This document shows positions 1 to 11,624 of a stretch of 64,000 nt of DNA, one piece after another (positions within the stretch are counted from its first letter, which is position 1; each line of letters begins with the position of its first letter). Location of the stretch: assembly GCA_051530055.1 (NCBI GenBank), contig CM121341.1:3090151-3154150 (forward strand), given 5' to 3'. The DNA comes from Neoechinorhynchus agilis (taxonomy: Eukaryota > Animalia > Acanthocephala). A program made the translations under genes and the position numbers. The notes below the pieces were generated by a model. It was not told the origin of the DNA. It made no database searches and was given only the letters and a program-made list of their open reading frames with translations.

Positions 1-2553
1 ACACTTTCACCCTTATCTTCTTTTAGACAAGTTTTAGTAAATAGTTTTGAAGCAGCTTAAGATATACGATGTTTTAAATCTGAAATGAATATCACGTTGT
101 TGCTTTTATTTCACTAAAGGCTTAAACCTAGTCGAATTTTCCTATTTCTTGATAGCACAGAAATGTTTCTACATCCCAAAAACCGACTTTATCAGCGTCT
201 TTATGGTCAAGTTAATAATCGAAACGATTTTTCATTGGCTAATTTAATGTGCATACAAACGAATATTTCTACCTGCTTTCCATAATATCTTAGTGCCAAG
301 ATTTGCGACTTTCTAAGTGCTAAATAAACATATCTAAACAAGCATATTACATATTTCCAATATGCCTACTTTTTCCTTACAAATGATTGAAAATCACTTT
401 CTGCGTATCGTCAACCTCGATTGTCGTTAGCGAACAATCTGCATATGGCTTCTTCTTTCACTAAAACCGAAGGCTTTCAGCTGCTAAGAAATCCGGAGAG
501 CTCGTTGATTTCCTTTTTTTGCGAGCTGAGACATTATAAAGTTCTTTTATTGCTTTAATCTAATCAATTTGGAGATGAGAAGCTGTCTTGTGTCTAAGAA
601 AAAGGGAGGCCTTTCAACATAGTGAAAAGTAAAACTTCAATCGCAAATCGAATGAGCTAGAGACCATTAAAATCTATTAGAGTAACGAAAGGGTAGTTGA
701 CTCGTTGTCGCTTTTTAGTGTGGAGAAATGCGTGATCTGTGTACATCCTTTCGCTCGGTCTTGAAATGTCCTAATAGGCGCGCCCATAAAATTTTCCAGC
801 ATTATTAAAATACTCGGCCATCTCGCCCATTATAGAATCTTATATTAATCGCCATTTCATGAAGTCGTAGACACTTGAATCTTTGAAAAGACGTATCATT
901 GACTATACTAGTCGTTATGGTCCACAGCCTTTAAGGTCACCCATCGGATTTTCCACGAACCATACTTCGATAAACTAGGTATTAATGTGTATATTCCATG
1001 ATATCCAAAGCACATTTTATATTCGGAAATTTGTTCAAAGTTTCTTGTGATTTGTCTGAAATTGAAGGCGGAGTAAGATGACTTTTTAAAAACCACGTTT
1101 TTTATGTGATCTGATATTTTTAAAAAGTCCTTTTTGTGACAGATTTTAAATTGAAGCTCTCTCTCTCTGATTTTCGGAGACTTTTTAGAGTCAACAAATT
1201 AAAATAGCCGTGAATCTCATTTACATTGGAATTCTTTAGTAAACTTTTTTAGCTTAGTCTTCTACTTTGGCACTAGCTAATTAGTCACAGGAAAATATAT
1301 AAAAAAATCACGCTATAGAGATTTCCGCAATCTCTCTTAAAGACAAATTCCATTTGATTGTTAAAAAAGATTATTATATTAACAAATATTAATGGCCACC
1401 CAAAAAAACGATGTTATCTTCTTCTAAGCATCGATATGTGCAGGCTTATTCTTCGAGATCTTTTTATTAAAATTTAAATGCGCTCATTATTTTTGAATTC
1501 ACGTTGAATTGTACATAAAGGAAACTTCGACTTGAACATGAGGCTAAAAGATAACCCTCTAAATTTCTCACGCTTTATTATCCGACTAAAGATTTTTGAA
1601 TTTGTATCCTTTGATGCCGAAAAACTAACTAGGGCACTCGATCATCCATTAAAAAGTCGTTTTGGCTCCTATGATAATTATCATTCTGGGTTTGCATAGT
1701 TTGATTACAGCACTCACATTTCTGAGACATAGCGAGAGCGATAAGATATTGTCAAAGTGAATCCTGAATTTCTTTTGATTCGTAATCTTTGATTTATCGG
1801 TTTTTTTAAGGGCGTTTTAGGTGTTTTTTGTAGGACATAAAATGTTGGTCACATCGTATGCCAGGAAATTATAAAGCATCCTTTTATGAATGCCATTTAG
1901 ATTGTAGCTTAGCGCACAAATGTCCTGAATGCCGATAACCTTTAATGTGAAAAATCATGGTTCTACAACGATTTCTTATGTTTTATTAAAACCATTTTGT
2001 TCTCCAATGTAGCTGCTTAGTTGACTGCTATTAAAAATGATAAATCAAGTTCCTGTCATGCTTAGACACGCATATGTTGAGAGCTTCCTCTAGTCGATCG
2101 ATCGCTAGCGCCGCTTCGCTTAAAACCCCAAGATGATCTTTTGTCCTTTTGAAAAAAAATTCAAGTTAACAAACGGGACGAATTTCCGAAAACTACGTAT
2201 TTCCCACATCTCGATTTCGATCTTATACAAGAACCTTAGCTGCCGTTATCGAGCGGCCGTATTCGTGACTGAAAAAGCGGCATGCCATGGTGCAAACCCG
2301 GCATTTTAGGCTTTGAATTTTCCTCCATTGGCACTTGTAATGCAATGTTTTCACATCCAGTATATGCTGCGGTTGCCCCAGCGTTCGGAAGTGCAGAATA
2401 TACATGGGAGGCAAGCGTGTGTTACAACATCGTGAATCTCGTTTATTTGGAGCTGTCTCTGACTCAAGAACGCGGTGCTTTCTCCTGATTTTTTAGTAAA
2501 CTCACTGATCGAGTGCCCTGGTCTACAACAAACAACAACAACAACGGCACGAC

Positions 2554-5500
2554 ATGAATAACCCTCGCTCGACCTCCAGCGCTGGAATCGATCCACACGA
2601 TCGATCCACATCCTCGGCGACGAATGCAGACGAACCACCCTTCAGCAGACTGTTCGTTTTGACACCCAGGGCAGCCAATGAAGAACAAATCAGACGATGT
2701 TTCGCTAAATACGGACATGTTCAAGATGTTTGGCTCGTTAAAGACAGACAAACTGGAGAAAACAGAGGTTAGTGTTCCCTTTTTTTAACAAAAAACCCTT
2801 CTGAGCTTAAATTTCAACGGAAAAAACCGAAATTGATACCGCCATCGATCCCATCGTTGTGAAAAAAAAGCACATGAATATTTATGAGAAAAAGAGAACC
2901 GATTTCCTGTAATTCATTCCATAGCACTAAACTAGATTGCTTTTTGAGATGCAACGCTTGACACGTGCGCTATTCGTTGTCAAAAACTTAATTTAGTTGA
3001 CTGTTAGACAAAGTAGAGGGAAAATATTTTGCAAATATTATGATTGAATTTGGGATTTATGAGGGATTTTCCTGTTTTATAGTATCAGTCAGCTGATATG
3101 GGGATTGATACAATGCCGTTATAGTGGTGAAAAGATACGATCGGTCAACCGGAGTAACTTTTCTTAGAGGTCGAATGGTTTTGCTGTACAATACGAGCAT
3201 TTCGGTTCTATCATAAAAAATTTTATAATGAAACTTTCCCGGCCGAACAAAAACCGGTATTTTCGTAGCATGCTTTTGGATTGGGAAATTTCGAATTCTC
3301 ACACAATCATGCACATTTTAATGGCTTTTATACTACTAAAACCGTAAAAGAAAACTATCTTTTGGACTAAATCTTCGATTGTCATATTCCATTTGCTTTA
3401 GGAATATGCTACATAAAATACGAGAAAGCATCAGAGGCGGCGTTAGCCGTCGAAAATCTCAACGGTAATCTGATCGACGGACATTCCCGCCCTTTAAAAG
3501 TCAGTTTGTCGTATTATGATAGTCTTTAGTGCCAGATTTCAAAAACAGGTTCTTATTTCCAACAACCGACGTGATGGAAGTGGTCGTGATCCATGCGAAG
3601 CCGAGCGAATGCTTCGTCTTTTTGTTTTAGTCCCAAAGACGAATTTCACTAACATTGACCTAAGAAAAGCATTTGAGGTAAGTCTAGGAATTATGTATTT
3701 GCGTTCATTAGATCTTTGCATATAAAGCCGTTTGGTGAGATCGAATCGGTGCAAATAGTCACTGACCGGAACACTGGCGACAGTCGAGGTTTTGGCTACG
3801 TAAAGTTCAGGAAAGCGAGTGATGCCGCAAAAGCACTCGAAGAATGTGATGCATCCTTCAAGCCGAAATTTGCTGAACCATTAAAATCAAGACGTCGCAC
3901 GTATGCAGAGTCTCAACAAACTTTTAGCTCCATGTCGTGATTCTGCATAAATAGCTTTATTGAAGAATCTGAGACTACATCATGGTCACCACAGACCGTT
4001 TACGGTCCTTCTAACCCTAAGCGCAATCGCCATTCGCGACCATCATCTTCTGCATACTCAGATGGTTGTAACCTATCGGCAATCGATAAGTCTACGGTCA
4101 CTTCGATCACATCTCAAAGTTCATCTAACAGTGCCCCTGTTTTATTGGGCCGATGCCACAAGGCAGTTCCGTCGGATTTCCTTCAAAGGCTTTTCGATCT
4201 TGTTCCAGGAATGCAAGCTTTTCTGATGTGGCCATTGGCATCCGAGGAAAGGTCGTCCTTGCCAATAGTTATTTTGAACGCACTTGCGGCTACTTTATCT
4301 CGTATACCAATGCCCGAAAATCATCAACGATATTATATTCGATACTCCGATGACGATATGGCGAACTATGCGATGCATAAACTTGACGGATTCGAGTATC
4401 CCGGCGGATGTTGTATTTATATTGATGCCTGGGTCTCCCCAGAAGGACACGCTCATATCAGGCAATATACTAATAATCAGATCATTTCAATCAGAAGGTT
4501 TTGTATCTGAAATGAAAATCTCCGTTGATCACTTGGCGCCAGAAACTAATTTTGGAAACGAGTTTTAGAGTCCACGAATCTGAAATGGATTTTCGGTTTA
4601 AGTTAGGTCATTATAAAAGAAATCATTCGGAATATCTTTACCGCCAAGCACTTTTGACTTAAAGCGAGCTAAATAATCTAAAAGACCTTGTTGTTTAGTT
4701 CATCGACCACCTTGAGACACAAGCCTATTGCTCAAAACTTTGAGCCAGCTACTACAACTAACTGTGGCCAACAAACAAACCATCAGTCAATACCAACCCC
4801 TCCACCCTTGTTAACAACATTCGTACCTCCTGGTCTTCCTAGTCCAATAGTTCAAGTATCATCTCCTCCTCAGACCGGTAACATGGTCTCGAACAATTAT
4901 GACAAACAATTCTACCATCACATAACCAATGTTTCCGATCACTCTGGATTTTTGTCCAGTCGTTGCTCAATCGAAACAGTTTCTCACTCCCCTCTTCTCT
5001 ACGAAAAGGCTACATTTTCCAACGGGCACTTGTCTCCAACATTTACTACTCGGGATCCCAACATCGAAGATGTTCATGAAGCTGTGTTCATGAACAGTTC
5101 GTTTATTCCTCCACAAGTGCCTGCGTCCCAGACTGGATATATTGTTCGGTATGACAAAGTTGATGATATCAATAGTTCCTATCGTAGACGTCGTTATCAA
5201 TTGGACTATGACACAGAACTTGAGGATACTGGCTTTTGTAGCGTTCATCTTCCACCAGAGAAACCTATGGCTACTGATGAATTCTCTGTTAGTACCATCC
5301 ATCATCAATCTCACTTTGTGCATTCGACTTTCGTTAAGGTACTCAAAGTTATTAGAATATCGGCGAGTGTATCAATTCCAACTGACGTTCTTAGAAATGT
5401 ATTTTGTAGGTTCGGACATTTGATCGACGCAAATATGAACGGTAAGTCAAATCGAGTGGCTCGTTTATTGAAATTCTTCGCTCAACACTTTTTACCGTCT

Positions 5501-6229
5501 TCACTATTTATAATTCCTTTTGGTTCATATGTAGATCAACACGATTGAAGTACTTGCGCCAAATTTTTCTTTTGATTCGAACAATTTGTCCTTGTATTTA
5601 ACTATCTTGTTAACCGAGTAAATAAAGTTAAAAATAGTTTTAATCGTATTAGAATAACACGGTACCCGCAATCTTTTACCCACACCAACCAGCGGTAATC
5701 GTATGTAATCCCTTTGTGTTAAATAATCACACAGATTTTTTATTTTCACGAGTATATTGATTTCCAAATTTAAATGTGAACAAATATTTCACAGATTTTG
5801 CTGATTTTCTTGTTGTCCAATAGGATTTAAAAGCAAATTGCATGCTAAAAGCATACCATTACATAGAAATTTCTCAAGTACAGGTTTTTCACCAGGGCTA
5901 CAAATTTAAATTCGGCGAAATCTTTTCAAAAAATGGTTAGATGGATAAATGCTAATTCAGCTGGAATATCTCGAACGAGCAGATAATACCTAATGGCCAT
6001 CTTATAAAATTCTGTTTTATATCCCCCATTTTTAGGACGGGTTTTCGGATTCATCCTATACGGAGGCATTCAAAGTGCAAATTGGGCGATCAGGATTATG
6101 AACGGAGAGCAGATAGCTGGAATCAGAGTATTTCTGACCGACATAGCGAACGAATCCCGTTCTGTGATAGAATGTCAAGCAAATGGTAGTACAAACGCCT
6201 CCAAAATATCATGCCAGCTTAACAACTAA
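2554..6229 (+). CDS. RBM45: RNA-binding protein 45 (four RRMs), multi-exon. Hand-built exons: about 2554-2767, 3402-3499, 3549-3677, 3728-3900, 3955-~4497, ~4699-5441, 6036-6229
   Basis: The spliced translation gives DEPPFSRLFV...KDRQTGENRGICYIKY (RRM1), RLFVLVPK...GFGYVKFRKASDAAKALEECDASFKPKFAEP (RRM2), RLFDLVPGM...HKLDGFEYPGG (RRM3) and DVLRNVFCRFGHL...GRVFGFILY...MNGEQIAGIRV (RRM4). These match RBM45 motifs as I recall them. GT-AG sites join in phase. The RRM3-to-linker junction near 4460-4700 is uncertain. Confidence 0.88.
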
Positions 6230-7190
6230 AGAAATGAGAACTTGTCTTCTATAAAAGAGACTGCGTTACGCATGACAATTCGCAAGTGCGTGAGGATGTT
6301 TAAATTTTTGAAAAATTAAACATTCCATAGGTTACGTTTGTGTCGTAAACTCTCTAATTATCTCAACAAAATAAACAATCGAAAGAGGTTGTTTGCGCCA
6401 GCTGTCATAATTGAGATGCGTATTATTTAATTAGAAAATTAAGCCATTGGAATGCTGTCAAGATGCTATCCTAGCGACATAACAAAATACTCGCTTAGAA
6501 TCAATTAATCAATCTTAAATCGCATTCATCATTTGCTACAATTGCGATATCAATACTTCAAAAATCGAGATAAACCACGCCTATTGTTTTGGTAAATCAC
6601 TATGAATATCGGAAATTTTTCTGCGAAGATAACGACGCTGAGAATGGTACACCAATGCGAAACGTGAGAAGTAATGGTAAATTGAGATTGGAAGCAGATG
6701 CCTGAGATTTGCTTAACGAAGAGATTGTCTTTCAGGAAAGTGCTCTATTATGATTTTTTATAACAAACTTTAAGATTTAAGCTGTAAAAAATCTTACGCG
6801 GCAGAAAATTGTCTATAATCGTGAATTAAAAAATACATATCTAATCGATTCCATTGTCGTTGATTAACAAATGTATTTTAATATCTCAAATTGAACAAGA
6901 ATGCGAGATTTTTATTCTGTGACTATTGGGGAAATCATTTGAATATAATTTAAATAATAATTACCTTTTTTACCTCATGTATTTTCATTTTGGCATTTCT
7001 TACACAGGTCAAGTGTTTCATCAGCGGACTCATAGTGCAAATCTTTCTTGTCGTTTAAGCTTTCTTTGTATTTTTGTGATTTTATACACTTCGTTTTGTA
7101 GCCTTACAATAATTTTTTATTTTCTGTATTAAAGCATCTAAAATAAAGAGATGAGCGGATGGGGCATTTGGATAAGATTAACCTAGTTGG

Positions 7191-7815
7191 TCACAAAAGA
7201 ATATTTAGATCCATTGAAATATCCCAAGTTCTCGATAAAAAAATATCCCAAAATTCTACGAAGGTGCAGGATCTGAAATGCTTGCACATATATTTCAAAT
7301 CTGCGACGTAGCAGTTATTCGATACATAAGTTTTGTTCATGGCTTTGCTTTTGTTTTCGCACGTGGTAGAACTTTCCAGCCAATTAGAGCCGACGATATC
7401 TATTTTGTGGCTCTATATAGCAGTCAAATAATAAATAGTATTTTAACGTTGGCGATATTTTCCAAGTATATTCGATTTTGTGCGCATTTTACCACGTTTT
7501 TTTTATTGTTTGGATAATTAATAATTTAAAACATTTTGATGTTAATTCGCTGATTAATTTGAAAGGCATGAAATGTGTTTTAAAAACAGACGCTGATTGG
7601 CCGCTTTAAAATTATCTTACCTTTTTGTCATCATCAGCGGCCACACATTTGTCATCTTGTTTAACAACTACTGGGTGTGTACTTCCGGTAGATCCATTCC
7701 ACCCATAAACAATAATATTTGATCCTCTTAACCGCAACTCTCTGAGGACTCGGATGTTTTTATAGACCTTTTTGATGGTGTTTACCTGCCGCAGCATTAG
7801 TCGATAAGAATCCAT
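7191..7815 (-). CDS. Two in-phase exons (7815-7621 and 7412-7191): either an orphan ~138-aa protein or alternative 3' exons of twist
   Basis: The 65-codon frame ends exactly at a strong donor AAG|GTAAGA (7621/7620). An acceptor ttgactgctatatag at 7413 opens a phase-0 frame of 73 codons. No homology recognised. Confidence 0.35.
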
Positions 7816-8407
7816 GGAGTCGGCAAATTTTGCAATTAGCCTGCGGATAGTCTATCATTGCTGATTAGCCTGAGGCTATCGAACTTCTAGTCAACTTTAC
7901 TCATCTACATGTCAAACGTCGCTGTCAGGTTGCTAGATACAAGAAGATACCCGTCCGATCTACTGTGACCAACTTAACGACAGGACGGTATAAAAGCGGC
8001 CATTATCTTGGAACGGACGCGACGTTTTAGAATGCTCATCAATTAGCCCAAAGCGGCGACATAATATAGTTTTGAAAGCTAAGATAAAGCACGTAATAAT
8101 TTTTGCTTACCAATTAGGACAAAAGCGAAAGAGATAGCGGCAGATTTAATTAGGTCCTTATGGATTTGGGTTATCAGCCTATTAAAAATCAGTATATTTT
8201 ATTAAACCACAAGATGGATGAGCAATCCATCTTCTGGGTATAATATTTCTATTAAGAACAAAAACAATATTAGACTATGAGAGGCGGAGTAGAGGTCTTC
8301 CATTTCAGTTATTCTTTCTAATTGTTCGACATGCATGCATAATTATATTTAAAAAGAAAATTTTCTTACATTTTAAAAATATGTACAATTTGCATTCTAG
8401 TCAAAGT

Positions 8408-9136
8408 TTACGACATGGTTTCGTAGTCTCGGACTTCATCTCGTTGCATTCGCCACGTAGAAAATCCATATTTTAAAGCCTTTCGATATTCTTCGATCAT
8501 GTTATTCATTGGTTGGTCGTACGGAACTCCGGAAAGAAGCACTTCGTTAAGAAATTGAATATACTGTGAAGTTAACCTTAATGTTTGAATTTTTGACTGT
8601 TTATCACTGGGCAGCATAGGTACAAAATTTCTGAGATTCGCAAATCCGACATTCAATTCTTTTGTTCGCTGCCTTTCCCGATTATTAGCCACTTTCCTCA
8701 GATCGTGTTCACTACAAACCGGAATTTCGTCGTTGTTGCTGCTCGGATACCGTCGTTTATTCCTTGGAATTTTATCACTATTTTCCTGTTCTCGAAAATC
8801 AACCTTTTCATATCGTCTTCTTTTCTTTGGATTCATATAATTGTCAAGAGTTTCCTTATCATCCATATTAGAAAAATGTCCTCCTTTAGGTATCATCTGG
8901 GCCAATGTCTGCCGATAAGCGTAACCATCCTCTATTATATGATTGTGGGAATTTAGAGCAGCCAAACTCCGTTTTTGTCCCGCTCGCGTGTCGGTTGTGA
9001 GCATTTGAACATTCATTGATGTGTGCTCGTGGTGACGATGAAAACCAATATCCTGCACATTTGTCCCATTAACGCAATCATAAATGTGAGTTGGCATGCC
9101 TCTGCTTCTCGATAAGGATTGGTTTACGCGGAACAT
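8408..9136 (-). CDS. twist: Twist-family bHLH transcription factor
   Basis: bHLH ANNRERQRTKELNVGFANLRNFVPMLPSDKQSKIQTLRLTSQYIQFL plus a C-terminal WR (Twist-box) motif KYGFSTWRM. The ATG is immediately preceded by an acceptor-like ttgtag, so a 5' exon may exist. Confidence 0.92.
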   Translation of the reverse strand: MFRVNQSLSRSRGMPTHIYDCVNGTNVQDIGFHRHHEHTSMNVQMLTTDTRAGQKRSLAALNSHNHIIEDGYAYRQTLAQMIPKGGHFSNMDDKETLDNYMNPKKRRRYEKVDFREQENSDKIPRNKRRYPSSNNDEIPVCSEHDLRKVANNRERQRTKELNVGFANLRNFVPMLPSDKQSKIQTLRLTSQYIQFLNEVLLSGVPYDQPMNNMIEEYRKALKYGFSTWRMQRDEVRDYETMS

Positions 9137-9356
9137 CTACAAGGCACATTCGGAGAGCGAAAATGGATAATGGAGTTTTTTTAGAGCCTATACTATTTCA
9201 GCGTAGATCCTAAGGGAAAACGGGAGTAGTATATTGGTGACAAAAGGTAAAGACGTGCGTGTGCGGGTGGATAATTGAGACCAGATTTGTAAGATCGACG
9301 GCGGAAATAGACAAACCAAAAGTGACTGCAACGGTCGAATTAATGGGCAAGTCAGA

Positions 9357-9441
9357 GTACGCATTTATGCGTTTGTGTGTATACATCAGCCAATCGGATT
9401 GCGAGCAAATGACGAGAGTTACCAAACGTATAAATGCGTAC
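9357..9441. promoter_or_regulatory. 19-bp inverted repeat; each arm holds an outward-facing TATA-like box, with a CCAAT box in the 47-nt spacer. Candidate bidirectional core promoter upstream of twist
   Basis: gtacgcatttatgcgtttg (9357-9375) versus caaacgtataaatgcgtac (9423-9441), one mismatch; CCAAT at 9390-9394. The function is inferred. Confidence 0.4.
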
Positions 9442-11624
9442 CCTGGAAGCAATGGGTGATTTATTGTTATGTTCCTTACAAAACACTGTTCAATATATCA
9501 AAAATTTAGTTCGCCTTACAATACTGATAAAGTATCACTTAATCATGTGCACTTTCACCACAGGCTATAATTTTCTCTATAATTTATTTAAAAAATCCTA
9601 AAACAAGCATCTTTGACAATGTGTAACTTATAATGCATGTTCGTTGTCGTCTGCACAGTCTTATAGAGATACAAGGACAAAGTCGTTAAGTACGGTGCAT
9701 TGGTCCCATGTGGATCATGGATGAATGGCTCGCCAAGCTCCCGAAAGATCAGTTATCCGGAATTGGAATCTAGCCAGGTCGCATTGCCCGTACAATCCAC
9801 CTGCAAACCAATGTTCTCTAGGCGATGTTTAAAGGTGCAAACTGTACTCGATTCAGGCAAATTGCGGATCATAACTCTAAAGAAACTGACAAATACTCTC
9901 ATAGTCTAAGAAATGAATCTTGGCATTATGCAAATTGCGTTCACCTCTATTAAAAAGATCTTCAAAGACTATCAAGGTGAGATTAAGAAATTTTGCTTAT
10001 TATTAGGAAACCTTTATATAATGATCGATGATTCATACACTGACTAAAAACGCTTTTGACTTTGATCACAACAGAAATAATTTTTTTCTCATTTGCCTAA
10101 GGTCAATTCAGCAATAAATGTATGTAAATATAATCTTCAAACAAGCGGCTGATTTGAAACATCATTTAATATCACAACGAATTGTACATGTGGCTTATGT
10201 TTTGATTCCATTGCGTAAATGCTTTAATTTGAATGTTACTATTTTTAGGATAAATCAAAAACCAAGTTAAACAATCTTCAGATATTATTAAAGGATTCTA
10301 AAAACACATATCTTATTTTTTTGAATGAAAATGAACGAAAATTATAATTTAAAAAAAAATATCGTAACAAATAATTATGACCGAAATTACAATTTATTGC
10401 AGATATCGTTTGAAAAATAGTTTTAAGATTAGGACTGAAACTATGAGATTAATAATCGATAAGAATGTTAATAAATAGTACGGAATTTATTAGTTCATGA
10501 ACAGTCATAGGCGTGGTTTTTGCGATAAGTCACGTTTATCTTTCTAAAGTTGATTAACGAGCCTTAGAACGTGCATGGATCCTTTGGGACTAAATTAATA
10601 TGAATATTGTTGGCCAGATTAAACAACGTATTTCGATCATTCGTTAAATTAAACAAATTGCGGTTCGTTCGGGCAAAAATTTGGAAATGAAATTCGCCCT
10701 GTCTAAGGAATTTAATTTCTTTTCGTCAAATGGCTTTAGAAAATGTGTCCAAACATTAAAGGTAAGAAGGTAATTCTGTGTATTTTAATCAAAACAAATA
10801 CGTTGATCTTTGCATATTAATAAGACAAATTAATTGAATTCCTTTATTCTAATTTGCTATGGTAGGTGAAAAGGTATTTTTTAGATATTAAGTTTAAATG
10901 CCTGATAAAGTTGAGGTCATTTTTTGTTAATTACGATATCTAGCTTATTTAATATTCAATATCGCGATAAGGTTATTCGTGTGATCCTTGTTTGAAAGAG
11001 AAAGTAACTATTTCACTATTTTATGAAAGTGTGAAAAGATAGTTTGTGATCAAATCTTGAGTGCACCTTTTTAATATTTAACAACGTTGTTCATTATCTT
11101 TATTAAGAATGATAGTGTTCAAGCTCCTACTCAAATATGCTAGACATTTTATTTATAATTAATAATCGCTACCAAACATTTTATTAGCTCAGTTAAATTA
11201 AAATATACCATAGTATGTTTAAAAAAAGGTTACTATCGGCTGAAAGGTTTCTAAAATACAGTTTAGATTAAATCCAACTGCAAGAAGATTGAAATTGTAA
11301 CCATCTGATTGTCTTAACATTAACTAATGTTTTATTTAAAGTGAAAAATCATGCTTTTGAAAATTCAATCTATTTATCCCTTTTGATAGAATTCAAAGCG
11401 CTAATCACTTGTGTGCCTTTGTGTTTAAATTGAAGTAAAATTGAGGAAGTCATGAGAAATATTGCAAATTAAGTTTATTTTTTAACAATTCTGGGTCTGA
11501 TTTAATCGATTAACCAGGAGTTACATCGAAACATTTGCTTACACTGGACAATCACTCGCTAAAATATGGTTATTCTCGTTATGTGATCGTGAGAGGCAGT
11601 TGTGTTGAATAATCGACAAATCTA

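Noticed and set aside
7790-7840. CKICRLHG peptide resembling a DM-domain start
   Set aside because: The remaining Cys/His ligands are missing, and it is in a different frame from the better-supported exon.
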